The notes under the pieces are model-generated. The model saw nothing but the letters and a program-made list of their open reading frames with translations. It did no database searches and was not told the origin of the DNA. A DNA stretch of 64,000 bases from Clostridia bacterium. GTDB lineage: Bacteria > Bacillota > Clostridia > Oscillospirales > CAG-272. The DNA lies in assembly GCA_017646745.1 (NCBI GenBank), contig JAGCLY010000003.1, forward strand, positions 3,495-67,494, given 5' to 3'. Position 1 is the stretch's first letter; the number at the start of each line of letters is the position of its first letter. Positions 37,023 through 47,903 of this stretch are shown piece after piece. Both the position numbers and the translations under genes were made by a program.

Positions 37023-37463
37023 ATGACACAGACAACCAATAATTACGATAGACTTTATGAGAATATGAAGCAGAGATTTACCGTTTCCGAGGATAACGAA
37101 TCTTATACCCTCGGCGAATACATGCTTAAGAAGGCAGGCGGCAGAACTCCGTCCGCTTCTCTCCCCGTTGCAGTTCAGACCGCAGTTGTAAAGAATGAAA
37201 CCGCAGTTTCCAGCCTTGTTTCCTTCGTAAATGAGAAGCTCACCATTAAGCAGCCCCCTGTAAAGGATAAAACCATCAGAGCATTCCCCTTCCGTGCATC
37301 TGCCTCCGCTTTCCTTACCGCAAGCGTTGCATGTGCATTCGTGCTCTCCTTTGCTCTCGTAGGTGCAAGAGCTCTTTCTACCTCTACCACCGCATCCGAA
37401 GGATATCATCAGACATCCGAGGCCGGTGAGATGATGGCAAGCGCAGAGGTTGATTTCGAATAA
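37023..37463 (+). CDS. Hypothetical membrane protein occupying the ftsL slot of the dcw cluster
   Basis: Its position is between rsmH and the PBP gene. It has a single hydrophobic helix (ASAFLTASVACAFVLSFALVGA) near the C-terminus rather than the N-terminus, and no obvious coiled coil. Confidence 0.5.
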   Translation: MTQTTNNYDRLYENMKQRFTVSEDNESYTLGEYMLKKAGGRTPSASLPVAVQTAVVKNETAVSSLVSFVNEKLTIKQPPVKDKTIRAFPFRASASAFLTASVACAFVLSFALVGARALSTSTTASEGYHQTSEAGEMMASAEVDFE

Positions 37464-37560
37464 TTTGAAATATTCCTCATAATCAAATCAAATAACCAAT
37501 AAAATATAGCGATGGACATTGCGTCTGTCGCTATATTTTTTTATTTTCGAGGAAAGCAAA

Positions 37561-39804
37561 ATGAACGATAAAGTAAAAAGGACTACGCATCTGAGAATTA
37601 CCGCAATTCTGCTGATATTTTCCTTGCTTGCAGCCTACCTTCTATTCAATATATTCCAACTGAGCTACCTGAAATACGATTACTACCGTGAAAAAACCTA
37701 TGATCAGGTCACTACCTCATCTGCGCTGAAGGCCGAGCGCGGAATAATATACGACAGTAATATGAATACGCTGGCAAAAAGCAACACGGTATGGAGAATA
37801 TTCGTATCGACAAGAGATATTAAGGCTGCTGAAAAAAGCAGCGGCAAGGACTATTGTAAAATAATTGCCGACGGCCTTGCTCCAATACTTTCGCTAAACA
37901 GTACATCCCTGTACGAAAAGCTACGTTCATCATCCGTGCTTGACGTTACAATAAAAAAGGATGCCTCTGAGGATGAATACAAAAAAACTATAGATTTTAT
38001 TCGTGAAGGGTCGCTTGAAAGCCTTGTTTTCACCGAGGCAGAAAGCTCACGCTACTACCCCGGAGGCACTCTGGCCGCACACGTTCTGGGCTTTACAGGC
38101 GCTGATAACCAAGGATTATACGGTCTGGAGTATTACTATGACGATATCCTGTCCGGAACAGACGGCTATTACGTATATGCAAAGGATGCGGGCGGCCGTG
38201 CGCTGGATACCGAATACTCCGACTACTTCCCTGCCGAGGACGGATACAGCATAGTAACAACCATAGATTCCTATGTTCAATCCGAGCTGGAGGCTGTTAT
38301 TGAGATGGCAAGGGTAAATCACGGTGCGCAAAACCGAGTGTGCGGAATAGTAATGAACACAAAAACCGGCGCTATAATTGCCATGGCAACGACAACTCCC
38401 TTTGACCCAAACGATCCCTTTGCGCTGGATGAGGAATCACAGAAAAAGCTAAACAACTCGGGGCTTATTGTTGGGACAGATGAATATAAGGCTTACAAAA
38501 ACGAGCTTATGCAGATAATGTGGTCTAACAAGGCGGTAAGCGAAACCTATGAGCCCGGCTCAACATTTAAGATTGTCACAGTATCGGCAGCCCTGGACCT
38601 CGGAGTAGCAAGCATTAACAGCAAATTTTCCTGCAGCGGATATAAGCAGGTAGGCGGATGGAGAATAAAATGCCACAAAACAACCGGACACGGATCGGGA
38701 TTTAACCTGGCCTACGGACTGCAAATGTCCTGTAACCCCTGTATGATGACGCTGGCAGAGGGCATCGGAGCCGGTAGCTTTTACGACTATGTAGAAAGGT
38801 TCGGTTATTTTGAAAAAAGCGGTATTGATCTGCCAAGTGAAGCATCTACCATATTTCATAAGGAAGAAGGCATCGGAACAACAGAGCTGGCGACCGCATC
38901 CTTCGGCCAGAGGTTTAAGGTTTCAATTATAAACCATCTGACCGCAATATCCGCCGTAGCTAATGGAGGAAGGCTGATAGCCCCATATCTCGTAGAAAAA
39001 ATAATCGACTCTAAGGGCAGAGTTGTATCTGAGCATCAGACCGAGATTAAAAGACAGGTCGTTTCAGCGGAGGTCGCAGGCACGGTATCCAAGATATTGA
39101 TAGACGGCGTAAGCGGTGACGGAGGAGCAAAGAACGCAGGGGTCGCGGGATACGATATCGCGGCAAAAACAGGCACATCGCAAAAATTTGATATACTCGA
39201 TGAAAACGGAAATTCATACCTGAGAATCGGATCTACCGTGGCATATTCGATTAATGAGGATGAAGGAATATCTATGATAATAGTTGTAGATGAGCCTACG
39301 TCAAACGTAAAATACGGAAGCGTGGTCGCCGCCCCATACATTTCAATGCTGATGGAAAAGCTGCTTCCCTACTTTGAATACAGATCAAATTCCGATATAG
39401 TTAATACAACCGTCGAAAACTATGTGGGAATGAACATAAACACCGTAGTCGATAAGCTAAAAAAGCTGAAGCTGGAATATGAAATAGTCGGCGACGGAGA
39501 TACCGTTATAAGACAAACACCCAACGGAAATGACACTCTGACGATTGCGCTGTCAAAAATAATTTTGTATACCTCGGATATCGAGGATGATAACGTAAGC
39601 GTTCCAAGCCTTGTTGGATTGACAACGGTAGAGGCTATAAGAGTGGCCGTGGGCGCAGGCCTGAATGTAAGGCTTGCCGGCGCAAGCGCCAGCTCTCCCG
39701 ATGCCATGGATATAATTATCGAGCAATCCCTGCCCCAGGGGGAGCGTGTTAAGCGAGGCAGCATAATTACAATCCGAGCTATTAACAACAGCTTTGAGGA
39801 TTAA
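37561..39804 (+). CDS. Class B penicillin-binding protein (FtsI/SpoVD-type) with C-terminal PASTA domains
   Basis: SxxK (GSTFK), SxN (SCN) and KTG (KTGTSQ) motifs. Two PASTA-like repeats follow at the C-terminus. The start is set at MNDKVKR, preceded by GAGGAAAG. Confidence 0.9.
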   Translation: MNDKVKRTTHLRITAILLIFSLLAAYLLFNIFQLSYLKYDYYREKTYDQVTTSSALKAERGIIYDSNMNTLAKSNTVWRIFVSTRDIKAAEKSSGKDYCKIIADGLAPILSLNSTSLYEKLRSSSVLDVTIKKDASEDEYKKTIDFIREGSLESLVFTEAESSRYYPGGTLAAHVLGFTGADNQGLYGLEYYYDDILSGTDGYYVYAKDAGGRALDTEYSDYFPAEDGYSIVTTIDSYVQSELEAVIEMARVNHGAQNRVCGIVMNTKTGAIIAMATTTPFDPNDPFALDEESQKKLNNSGLIVGTDEYKAYKNELMQIMWSNKAVSETYEPGSTFKIVTVSAALDLGVASINSKFSCSGYKQVGGWRIKCHKTTGHGSGFNLAYGLQMSCNPCMMTLAEGIGAGSFYDYVERFGYFEKSGIDLPSEASTIFHKEEGIGTTELATASFGQRFKVSIINHLTAISAVANGGRLIAPYLVEKIIDSKGRVVSEHQTEIKRQVVSAEVAGTVSKILIDGVSGDGGAKNAGVAGYDIAAKTGTSQKFDILDENGNSYLRIGSTVAYSINEDEGISMIIVVDEPTSNVKYGSVVAAPYISMLMEKLLPYFEYRSNSDIVNTTVENYVGMNINTVVDKLKKLKLEYEIVGDGDTVIRQTPNGNDTLTIALSKIILYTSDIEDDNVSVPSLVGLTTVEAIRVAVGAGLNVRLAGASASSPDAMDIIIEQSLPQGERVKRGSIITIRAINNSFED

Positions 39805-39819
39805 CAAAAAGGAGAAGAG

Positions 39820-41268
39820 ATGAAAATATCCGACATTATATCAAGAGAAGAATACATTGTTTCGGAAATAAACGACAGCACCGAGTTTAATCGTCTAAGT
39901 GACAGGGTGCAATCTATTTGCGATGGTGACGTGCTTGTAATTCCCAACTCCAAGCGTGCCCCAAAGCAGGAAGAATACCCGGCAAGGCCTTTGGCTGTTA
40001 TCTGCGATACGGAGGCGTACGTTCCTTGTGGAATCCCCACCATAAGGGTGACCAACCCACGCTTAGCCTACGCAAGAGCCTTTTATAGATATGAAAAAGC
40101 AGAATTAAGCTCTGTTAAAATAATTGGAGTGACCGGAACCAACGGAAAAACAACCACCGCTACCTTGATAAAGCGAATACTGTCCTCCCTGGGATATAGG
40201 GTTGGCTTTATCGGCACGGGAATGATTGAAAGTGACGGAAGAAGGATTAACGGACATAATTATTCAATGACTACGCCCGATCCGCCCCTGCTCTATCAAT
40301 CCATGCGACAAATGGTGGAGGACGGATGTAACGTTATAGTTATGGAGGTATCAAGCCACTCGCTTACCCTAGACAAGGTTGAGCCCTTAATTTTTGACTA
40401 CGGAATATTCACCAATCTTTCTCCCGAGCATCTGGATTTTCACGAAAGCATGGAAGAATATTTCGGTGCTAAAATGCGGCTGATCAATAGATGTAAAGCC
40501 GCAATTATCAATATTGATGACGGATACGGCCAAAAGGCCCTTAATCTGTACGAAGGACGAAAAATATCATGCGGCGTTCTTTGGAAGGGAAACGTATGGG
40601 CAAGCAATATACGCAACCTGGGATTTGACGGTATAGAGTATACATATCACGGCGATGGCTTTTCGTTTAAAATGCGATTACCGATAGCGGGAGAATATAA
40701 CTGTTATAACTCTATGCTGGCGGCGGCTGTATGTATTGATATGGGTTGCCCGCCCTGCCGTGTCAAAAACATACTGGCCGAATCAGAGAGTGTTGCAGGC
40801 AGATACCAGATAATAAACGACAAAATTTCGGTAATAATAGATTATGCACATACCTCGGCCGCATTTGACACTATATTGCGCGAACTGTCGAGGCAAAAAA
40901 AGGGAGGACGGCTTACCGTTGTATTCGGCTGTGGCGGCGACAGAGATAAATCAAAGCGACCAAGAATGGCTAATATTGCCGAAAAATATGCAGATAGAAT
41001 TATACTAACGGCAGACAACTCACGTAATGAAAGCACGAAGGATATTATATCGGATATTATAGCTGGATTTGAAAAGGGATCGTATGAAATAAAGGAAAAC
41101 CGTGAAAATGCTATATTTTCCGCCATCCTCGGCGCAGAGGACGGAGATATAGTCGCCATAATTGGAAAAGGGCCGGAGGAATACAATATAGACAAGGACG
41201 GTTATCACCGCTTTGTTGAAAAAGAAATTGTCAATGCGGCGCTGACTAAACGAAACGGAGCTGGCTGA
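39820..41268 (+). CDS. murE: UDP-MurNAc-L-Ala-D-Glu:2,6-diaminopimelate ligase (probable DAP type)
   Basis: GVTGTNGKTT P-loop. The DNSR segment sits at the position of the DNPR motif of DAP-adding MurE. Confidence 0.88.
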   Translation: MKISDIISREEYIVSEINDSTEFNRLSDRVQSICDGDVLVIPNSKRAPKQEEYPARPLAVICDTEAYVPCGIPTIRVTNPRLAYARAFYRYEKAELSSVKIIGVTGTNGKTTTATLIKRILSSLGYRVGFIGTGMIESDGRRINGHNYSMTTPDPPLLYQSMRQMVEDGCNVIVMEVSSHSLTLDKVEPLIFDYGIFTNLSPEHLDFHESMEEYFGAKMRLINRCKAAIINIDDGYGQKALNLYEGRKISCGVLWKGNVWASNIRNLGFDGIEYTYHGDGFSFKMRLPIAGEYNCYNSMLAAAVCIDMGCPPCRVKNILAESESVAGRYQIINDKISVIIDYAHTSAAFDTILRELSRQKKGGRLTVVFGCGGDRDKSKRPRMANIAEKYADRIILTADNSRNESTKDIISDIIAGFEKGSYEIKENRENAIFSAILGAEDGDIVAIIGKGPEEYNIDKDGYHRFVEKEIVNAALTKRNGAG

Positions 41269-41269
41269 T

Positions 41270-42625
41270 ATGCGCATTCGTCTGGGCATACCAATGCAGC
41301 TCTCGGAAATAGCAAGGGCAACGCAATCGATATTAAATCAAAGCAATGATGCTTTAATAACAAACATTTCAACAGATACCAGAGATTTACAAAAGGGTGA
41401 TTTATTTATTGCAATAAAGGGTAAGAATTATAACGGAGAGGACTTTTTATCCACCGCAAGAATGCTTGGTGCGTACACTCTTTCATCAAGCAAAGACTCT
41501 GATATAATCTGTAACGACAGCCTTGATGCGCTTTTAAATCTGGCATCCTACTATGCAAAAAAACTTCCTAATATATTATATAAGATAGCAATAACCGGTA
41601 GTGTAGGAAAAACCACTACCAAGGAGTTTACAAAAATACTTTTATCCACGCGGTATAAGGTGCATTCATCGAGCGGAAATTACAACAATGAAATAGGCAT
41701 GCCTATGTCCATACTTTCTGCAGATGCGGATACCGAGATTCTGCTGATGGAGATGGGAATGAATCACCGTGGAGAGATTAGCAGGATGTCGAACTGCTTG
41801 TGCCCTAATATAGCTCTTATAACGAATATAGGTACGGCACATATAGGAAATCTGGGAAGCAGAGAGGAAATTGTCGCCGCTAAAATGGAGATTAGGTATG
41901 GCATGAGTGACGGTATACTGATACTTCCCTACGATGAGCCTCTGCTAAAAAAATACGAACCATCATATAGCTTTTCAGACATGGATGCGGGCGCAGACTT
42001 TTATTTAAAATCCGATGATAAAAACGATATACTTATCTATTATAAACAAAACCTGCTTTGCGTATCAAAATTCAAGCTTATGGAAAAGCATCATCTGTCA
42101 TGCCTGCTCGCCGCACTGTCGATTGCAATATCAGCAGGCGTTGATCCCGATAGTGTTTCGCGAGGGATTTCCTTAATTTCCAACGATAATACAAGGCAGA
42201 CAACGATTTATAAAAAAGGAATACATTTTTATCTGGATTGCTACAACGCATCATACGAATCTATGATCGCATGTATAAGATCTGCCGAGAGCGCATTGAT
42301 AACAGGTCATAAGCATCTATTGCTGGGTGATATATTAGAGCTTGGCGACATGGCTGAGGAAATACATTATAACGTTGGAAGAAATATCTCAAGGAACGTA
42401 TTTGATTATCTTTTTTTGTTTGGCAGCCACGCCGGTTATATTGCAAAGGGAGCAATATCAAACGGTTTTCCTATAGAGCGAATTATACACAATGCGGATC
42501 TGTCATCACCCGAAAAAACGGCAGAACAGATTAAGCTCCTCTGCTCTGTTGGTGACACGGTGTTTTTAAAAGCATCTCGCTCTATCAGGCTGGAGCGTGT
42601 GGTAGACCATTTTTTTAAAGAATAG
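41270..42625 (+). CDS. murF: UDP-MurNAc-tripeptide:D-Ala-D-Ala ligase
   Basis: ITGSVGKTTT P-loop, and its position after murE. Confidence 0.9.
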   Translation: MRIRLGIPMQLSEIARATQSILNQSNDALITNISTDTRDLQKGDLFIAIKGKNYNGEDFLSTARMLGAYTLSSSKDSDIICNDSLDALLNLASYYAKKLPNILYKIAITGSVGKTTTKEFTKILLSTRYKVHSSSGNYNNEIGMPMSILSADADTEILLMEMGMNHRGEISRMSNCLCPNIALITNIGTAHIGNLGSREEIVAAKMEIRYGMSDGILILPYDEPLLKKYEPSYSFSDMDAGADFYLKSDDKNDILIYYKQNLLCVSKFKLMEKHHLSCLLAALSIAISAGVDPDSVSRGISLISNDNTRQTTIYKKGIHFYLDCYNASYESMIACIRSAESALITGHKHLLLGDILELGDMAEEIHYNVGRNISRNVFDYLFLFGSHAGYIAKGAISNGFPIERIIHNADLSSPEKTAEQIKLLCSVGDTVFLKASRSIRLERVVDHFFKE

Positions 42626-42643
42626 AATGCAAGGATGTAGGCT

Positions 42644-43615
42644 ATGAGCTATTATGCTTTACTTATTATATTTACCCTTATACTAGCCATAACGGCAGTT
42701 ATAGAATCAAGGCTTGTTCCCCTTCTCTCCGCCCGTGCAAGGCAACCAATTTACGAGGATGGTCCCTCATGGCATATCAAAAAGAGCGGCACACCGACGA
42801 TGGGCGGATTGGCCTTCGTTATATCCATTTCGGCCGTGCTGACCTTCTATGCAATATTTCTAATACACAGCCGCCGCGAGACCGAGTCCGGATTGAATAT
42901 ACTTATAACCGTTATATTCGCTATAGCAAACTCCGCCGTCGGCGTTTTTGACGATATAATGAAGCTGTATAGAAAAAAGAACGCCGGACTGACTCCGATG
43001 CAAAAATTGGGTCTGCAAGCAATTATCTCGGTAATATTTCTGATGGCAAGACAGCACTTTTTATCCGACGGAACAATGATTGACTTTCTTTTTGGTGACG
43101 TAGATCTCGGCATATTTTATTATCCTGCCTGTATCTTTCTTTTGCTTGGAATAATAAACTGCGCAAACCTCACAGACGGTATAGACGGACTTGCAACAAG
43201 CGTTGCGATTGCAATAGGAGTGGCATTTATACTGCTTGCCGCACCTAACCTGTCTGCGGCCATTTTTATATCCGCATCGCTTATTGGCGGAGCAATTGCA
43301 TTTTTGTATTTCAATAGTCATCCCGCCAGAATTTTTATGGGGGATACCGGTTCTCTTTTTCTCGGTGCGCTGACGGTGGGAATCGCATTCACTATCAATA
43401 AGCCATTAAGCATCATTCCTATGGGTGCGGTGTACGTTATAGAGGGGATATCGGTTATTTTACAGGTAATCTCCTTCAAGCTAACCGGCAGGCGTATTTT
43501 TAAAATGGCTCCGCTGCATCATCATTTGGAAAAATGCGGTATTGACGAAAACCGAATATGCGTTCTTGCGGTTATTTTAACTGCTGTTGCCTCCTGCCTT
43601 GTAATTTTCTTTTAG
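42644..43615 (+). CDS. mraY: Phospho-N-acetylmuramoyl-pentapeptide transferase
   Basis: Polytopic membrane protein with the NLTDGIDGLA and GDTGSLFLG motifs. Confidence 0.95.
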   Translation: MSYYALLIIFTLILAITAVIESRLVPLLSARARQPIYEDGPSWHIKKSGTPTMGGLAFVISISAVLTFYAIFLIHSRRETESGLNILITVIFAIANSAVGVFDDIMKLYRKKNAGLTPMQKLGLQAIISVIFLMARQHFLSDGTMIDFLFGDVDLGIFYYPACIFLLLGIINCANLTDGIDGLATSVAIAIGVAFILLAAPNLSAAIFISASLIGGAIAFLYFNSHPARIFMGDTGSLFLGALTVGIAFTINKPLSIIPMGAVYVIEGISVILQVISFKLTGRRIFKMAPLHHHLEKCGIDENRICVLAVILTAVASCLVIFF

Positions 43616-43623
43616 GAGCTGAT

Positions 43624-44787
43624 ATGAAAAACAGCCTTTCCGGAATCAATATTAAAATAAAAAACAGACTTTCAGGTCAAGCTAGAATTGACGGACTTTT
43701 TCTTCTCGCCGTGCTTCTTGTTGCCGCATACGGCACTCTGATGGTTTTTAGTGCAGGCGTAGCCTATGCGGAAGCAAGATACGGCGACAGCCTTTATTTT
43801 GTAAAAAAGCAGACAGTATGGCTAATACTCGGCTTGGCGGTAATGTATATCGCATCTCACATAGATTACCGTCTTTATCAAAAATACACGCCGCATCTTT
43901 ATGCCTTGACAATTTTCCTGCTTGTCCTAGTTCTTGCGGTTGGATTTGTAGGCAACGGAGCGCAGCGGTGGATATCTATAGGCCCAATAACAATCCAACC
44001 CTCAGAAATTGCCAAGCTGTCAATAGTCATGATGCTGGCGCTTTACTTCTCAAAATATGAAAGCAATGCAACCGATAGAAAAAGTAAAAGAAATATCTTT
44101 ATTTACGGAACGATCATTCCGTGCGCTATAATTTTTGTTCCTATAGTTCTCGTCATGCTGCAAAAGCACCTATCCTGTATAATCATACTGGGAGCTATCG
44201 GCCTTATACTTATTCTCGCTGCGGGGCCCGACCCAAGGTACATATCGGCGTTTTGCGGAGTTGGTGTAGCCGGAGTCACCTGCCTTGCCTTGTTTACAGA
44301 TTACACCAAGGACAGAATAACGGTATGGCAGGATCCCGAAAAATACAAGCTAACAGGCGGCTGGCAAACACTGCAGGGGCTGATGGCAATAGGCTCGGGC
44401 GGTATATTTGGCGTTGGATACGGAAACAGTATTTTAAAGCATTGCTACGTTTCAGAGCCGGCAAACGATATGATATTTGCCATACTGTGCGAAGAGCTGG
44501 GACTGATTGGCGCAGCTGTTGCTTTGTTATTTTTTGCCTTTCTGGTATACAGGGGATGTCTGATAGCTATGCGTGCAGAAAACAGCTTTGCAAGACTTGT
44601 TTGTCTTGGAATATGCATAAAAATGGCTGTACAGGTTTTATTGAATATCGCCGTTGTGACAAACACAATCCCCAACACCGGAATATCACTCCCCTTCTTC
44701 AGCTACGGAGGATCGTCATTGGTCATGCTGTTTTTTGAAATGGGAATAATTCTGTCAATATCAAGACATGCAACAATACAAAAATAA
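43624..44787 (+). CDS. ftsW: SEDS-family peptidoglycan polymerase FtsW/SpoVE
   Basis: SEDS C-terminal signature (PNTGISLPFFSYGGSS). The start is set at MKNSLSG, preceded by AGGAG. Confidence 0.9.
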   Translation: MKNSLSGINIKIKNRLSGQARIDGLFLLAVLLVAAYGTLMVFSAGVAYAEARYGDSLYFVKKQTVWLILGLAVMYIASHIDYRLYQKYTPHLYALTIFLLVLVLAVGFVGNGAQRWISIGPITIQPSEIAKLSIVMMLALYFSKYESNATDRKSKRNIFIYGTIIPCAIIFVPIVLVMLQKHLSCIIILGAIGLILILAAGPDPRYISAFCGVGVAGVTCLALFTDYTKDRITVWQDPEKYKLTGGWQTLQGLMAIGSGGIFGVGYGNSILKHCYVSEPANDMIFAILCEELGLIGAAVALLFFAFLVYRGCLIAMRAENSFARLVCLGICIKMAVQVLLNIAVVTNTIPNTGISLPFFSYGGSSLVMLFFEMGIILSISRHATIQK

Positions 44788-44796
44788 GAGGTGCAA

Positions 44797-45915
44797 ATGA
44801 GGCTTTTATTATGCGGCGGCGGAACTGCTGGTCATATTAATCCGGCAATAGCAATAGCCGAAGAGGTAAAATGTACAGATCCGAATGCAGAGATTCTATT
44901 TGTCGGGCGTGAGGGCGGTCTTGAAAATGAAGCAATACTCAAGGCAGGCTTTAAGCTAAAGACAATAAAAATACAGGGACTTAGGAGATCACTTTCATTG
45001 ACCAACTTAAAAAGCGTATACCTCGCTCTAAAGGCACGGGGGTATGCAGCAAGAATTATCAATGATTTTTCACCGGACGTAATTTTAGGAACCGGTGGCT
45101 ACGTTTGCTGGCCGATAATATCTTCCGGACAAAAAATGAATATTCCAACCGCCCTGCACGAATCAAATATTACCCCGGGATTAACGACAAGAATGCTCGC
45201 AGGAAAATGCAATAAGGTGTTTCTAAATTCCGATGAAACTAAAAAATATATAACCAAAAAGGCAAAAGCCATAACTACAGGAAATCCTCTGAGATGTGAC
45301 TTTAACAAAATAAGCCGAGCTCAGGCAAGGCGGATTTACGGTCTAAAGGATAGCGAGCTGATGATTCTTTCCTTCGGCGGAAGCATCGGGGCAGAAAAGC
45401 TAAACAAGGTTATATTAGACACAATCAAAAGCTACTCTCTGGTGGAAAAAGAAATAAGACACATCCATGCAACCGGTAAAAGATATTACAATGAAGCAGA
45501 GGCAAGATATATAAATTCTAAAAACGGAGGATGCAAAATTTTACCCTACATTGAGGATATGCCGACCGCTCTGAGGGCGGCAGATATAGTGGTCTGCAGA
45601 TGCGGCGCTATGACGCTGTCAGAGATTCAGCAGGTAGGAGTTGCAGCCATATTAATCCCCTCGCCAAACGTGTCGGATAATCATCAATACAAGAATGCTT
45701 TGCACCTCAGTGAGCGTGGAGCAGCCACAATGATAGAAGAGGGCAAATTAACAACAGAATTACTGATCGAGGAGTTAAAAAGACTAAATTTCGATAAATT
45801 CGGCAGAAAAAACAGGGCAAAAACATTAAGAGCTCTTTCTAAGCCAAATTCAGCAAAAACCATAGCAAAAGAACTGTTTTTGCTAAAATATGGTAATAAA
45901 AAGGCGGCTTTTTAG
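44797..45915 (+). CDS. murG: UDP-GlcNAc:lipid I GlcNAc transferase
   Basis: GGGTAGHINPA N-terminal motif. ATG at 44797 is preceded by AAGAGGTG. Confidence 0.9.
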   Translation: MRLLLCGGGTAGHINPAIAIAEEVKCTDPNAEILFVGREGGLENEAILKAGFKLKTIKIQGLRRSLSLTNLKSVYLALKARGYAARIINDFSPDVILGTGGYVCWPIISSGQKMNIPTALHESNITPGLTTRMLAGKCNKVFLNSDETKKYITKKAKAITTGNPLRCDFNKISRAQARRIYGLKDSELMILSFGGSIGAEKLNKVILDTIKSYSLVEKEIRHIHATGKRYYNEAEARYINSKNGGCKILPYIEDMPTALRAADIVVCRCGAMTLSEIQQVGVAAILIPSPNVSDNHQYKNALHLSERGAATMIEEGKLTTELLIEELKRLNFDKFGRKNRAKTLRALSKPNSAKTIAKELFLLKYGNKKAAF

Positions 45916-45926
45916 CCGCTTTTTTC
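45903..45926 (+). terminator. Rho-independent terminator overlapping the murG stop codon
   Basis: GGCGGCT-TTTT-AGCCGC followed by TTTTTT. Confidence 0.7.
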
Positions 45927-46024
45927 TATTTTTTCGACAAAAAAATACATTTTTCCGAGATTGGAAAAATCTGCCCTATTTTATATGCCGTATTAAAGAA
46001 ATTCTGTTAATTATTACAAATCTA

Positions 46025-46053
46025 TTGAAAATATATATTCCTTATGATATACT
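46025..46053 (+). promoter_or_regulatory. Promoter of ftsZ
   Basis: TTGAAA, a 17-nt spacer, then TGaTATACT. Confidence 0.5.
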
Positions 46054-46114
46054 ATAAGAGGTAAAAATTAATAAACAATTACACTATATGTAGAAAATCA
46101 CGGAGGAAAAAATA

Positions 46115-47296
46115 ATGGAATTCGATTTTGAACAGGTATATGACAGTGGCGTTAACATTAAGGTTATCGGCGTCGGCGGCGGCGGTAACAATGCTGTTAA
46201 CCGTATGATTTCCACTAATATTCGCGGTGTTGAGTTCATCGCAGTAAACACCGACAGCATGGCGCTTGATACCTCTTGCGCAGCTAAGAAGATTGTTATC
46301 GGTGACAAGGTTACCCACGGTAAGGGCGCAGGCGCTAATCCCGAGGTTGGTAAGCGTAGCGCAGAGGAGTCTATTGAGATCGTTCGCGATGCTCTTCAGG
46401 GCGCAGACATGGTATTCATTACCGCAGGTATGGGCGGTGGTACCGGTACTGGTGCAGCTCCCGTAATCGCAAAGGCATCTAAGGAAATGGGTATTCTTAC
46501 TGTTGGTATCGTTACTAAGCCCTTCTCCTTTGAGGGCAAGAGAAGATATGCACAGGCTGAGGCTGGTATCGCAGAGCTCTCCAAGTACGTTGACTCTCTC
46601 ATCGTAATTCCTAACGAAAGACTTAAGCAGGTTGAGGATACTCACATCACTCTCGCAAACGCATTTGAGATCGCAGACGACGTTCTTCGCCGCGGTGTTC
46701 AGTCCGTTTCCGAGCTTATCAACGTTCCCGGCTTCATCAACCTTGACTTTGCTGACGTTACCTCCATCATGAAGAACGCAGGCTATGCTCACATGGGCGT
46801 TGGCGCTGCTAAGGGTACTGACAAGGCTCAGGTTGCTGCAATGCAGGCAATCTCCTCTCCCCTTCTTGAGACCAACATCACCGGTGCTACCGGCGTGCTC
46901 GTAAGCATCACTGCTTCCGAGGATATTCAGCTCGATGAGATCGATGCTGCTTCTAACATGATCTATGAAGAGGCTCATCCCGATGCAAACATCATTTGGG
47001 GTGCTGCATTCGATCCTACTCTTCAGGACGAGATGCGTGTAACCGTTATCGCTACCGGCTTCATCGCTGAGAACGCTGACGTTAAGAAGCCCGATGTAAG
47101 CAAGGCTACTCGTACTCCTGTAGCAGAGGTTCCAGTTGCTCCTCAGGCTCCCGTATCCCACACCCCCTCTGTTGACGACGTATTCGGAAAAGCAGAGGAG
47201 CCTGTAGCTGCTGAAGCTCCCAAGTCCGAGCCCTCCAGCTACGACGCTATTTACGGCGGCACATATCAGTGCATCGTTAAGAACAAGAAGAGATAA
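46115..47296 (+). CDS. ftsZ: Cell division protein FtsZ
   Basis: [10 protein letters not shown] tubulin signature, and [15 protein letters not shown]. Confidence 0.97.
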   Translation: MEFDFEQVYDSGVNIKVIGVGGGGNNAVNRMISTNIRGVEFIAVNTDSMALDTSCAAKKIVIGDKVTHGKGAGANPEVGKRSAEESIEIVRDALQGADMVFITAGMGGGTGTGAAPVIAKASKEMGILTVGIVTKPFSFEGKRRYAQAEAGIAELSKYVDSLIVIPNERLKQVEDTHITLANAFEIADDVLRRGVQSVSELINVPGFINLDFADVTSIMKNAGYAHMGVGAAKGTDKAQVAAMQAISSPLLETNITGATGVLVSITASEDIQLDEIDAASNMIYEEAHPDANIIWGAAFDPTLQDEMRVTVIATGFIAENADVKKPDVSKATRTPVAEVPVAPQAPVSHTPSVDDVFGKAEEPVAAEAPKSEPSSYDAIYGGTYQCIVKNKKR

Positions 47297-47310
47297 TTAA
47301 AAATCATTTG

Positions 47311-47339
47311 GCGGAGCGCACATGCGCTCCGCTTTTTTT
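47311..47339 (+). terminator. Rho-independent terminator of ftsZ
   Basis: GCGGAGCGCA-CA-TGCGCTCCGC followed by TTTTTTT. Confidence 0.85.
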
Positions 47340-47732
47340 ATTCTTATGTATTCAACATCTCTTTTGAAAAAATGTTTATAAGTTCAACCAGTATATTTTT
47401 CCGTCCGCTAAATTGGGGGAATATATTTATCTTATATTTTTCCGCAAAACCAAAAATGAATTTTCAACATAACATTTATGTCATTTTTCTGTTATTTTTC
47501 GATTTTTGTGCACGATTTTGTGTCATTTATCGGAATAGTATACTTTCTCACAAAAAGTTTTCAACACTAGAGGTGGGCTAAAAATGACGATTCTTTCGTT
47601 TTGACGTAACTTTTCCACATACGTCAACAGCTCTGATATACCCGAACGGAAAAGTATATTTTCATCAAAAAGGGCGAATCGGTCGGTCTGATTTTGCAAA
47701 AAATCCACTTCCCTCCCCCGGTGTGCTTACAA

Positions 47733-47777
47733 TAAAAAAAGTGCTCTCTGCACACAATGCAGAGAGCGCTTTTTTTT
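47733..47777. terminator. Bidirectional rho-independent terminator
   Basis: A 12-bp stem (GTGCTCTCTGCA / TGCAGAGAGCGC) flanked by A7 and T8 runs. Confidence 0.75.
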
Positions 47778-47779
47778 AA

Positions 47780-47881
47780 TTAAGCAAAGAAGTAAATGAG
47801 GGCAACTGCAACAACGCTTACAAGCATTAAGCCGGCAAGAACAGCCGCCATTACTTTAACGAAAAGAGAATCCTTTTTCAT
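47780..47881 (-). CDS. Candidate 33-aa single-TM micro-protein (MKKDSLFVKVMAAVLAGLMLVSVVAVALIYFFA)
   Basis: It lies 22 nt downstream of the MreB-like gene on the same strand. AAGGAA lies 8 nt upstream of the ATG, and the terminator follows directly. It is below the ORF-track length cutoff. Confidence 0.4.
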   Translation of the reverse strand: MKKDSLFVKVMAAVLAGLMLVSVVAVALIYFFA

Positions 47882-47903
47882 ATGTATCATTCCTTTATTT
47901 TAT

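Noticed and set aside
46079-47161. 360-aa minus-strand ORF
   Set aside because: It is antisense to ftsZ, which has unmistakable tubulin-family motifs. No SD is present.
47230-47296. Possible frameshift at the FtsZ C-terminus, because the usual DIPxFLRK peptide is not obvious
   Set aside because: Neither alternative frame encodes the canonical peptide. The annotated frame ends in a basic tail (IVKNKKR) that aligns loosely with the FLRNRNKR-type ending, so it is treated as divergence rather than a sequencing error.
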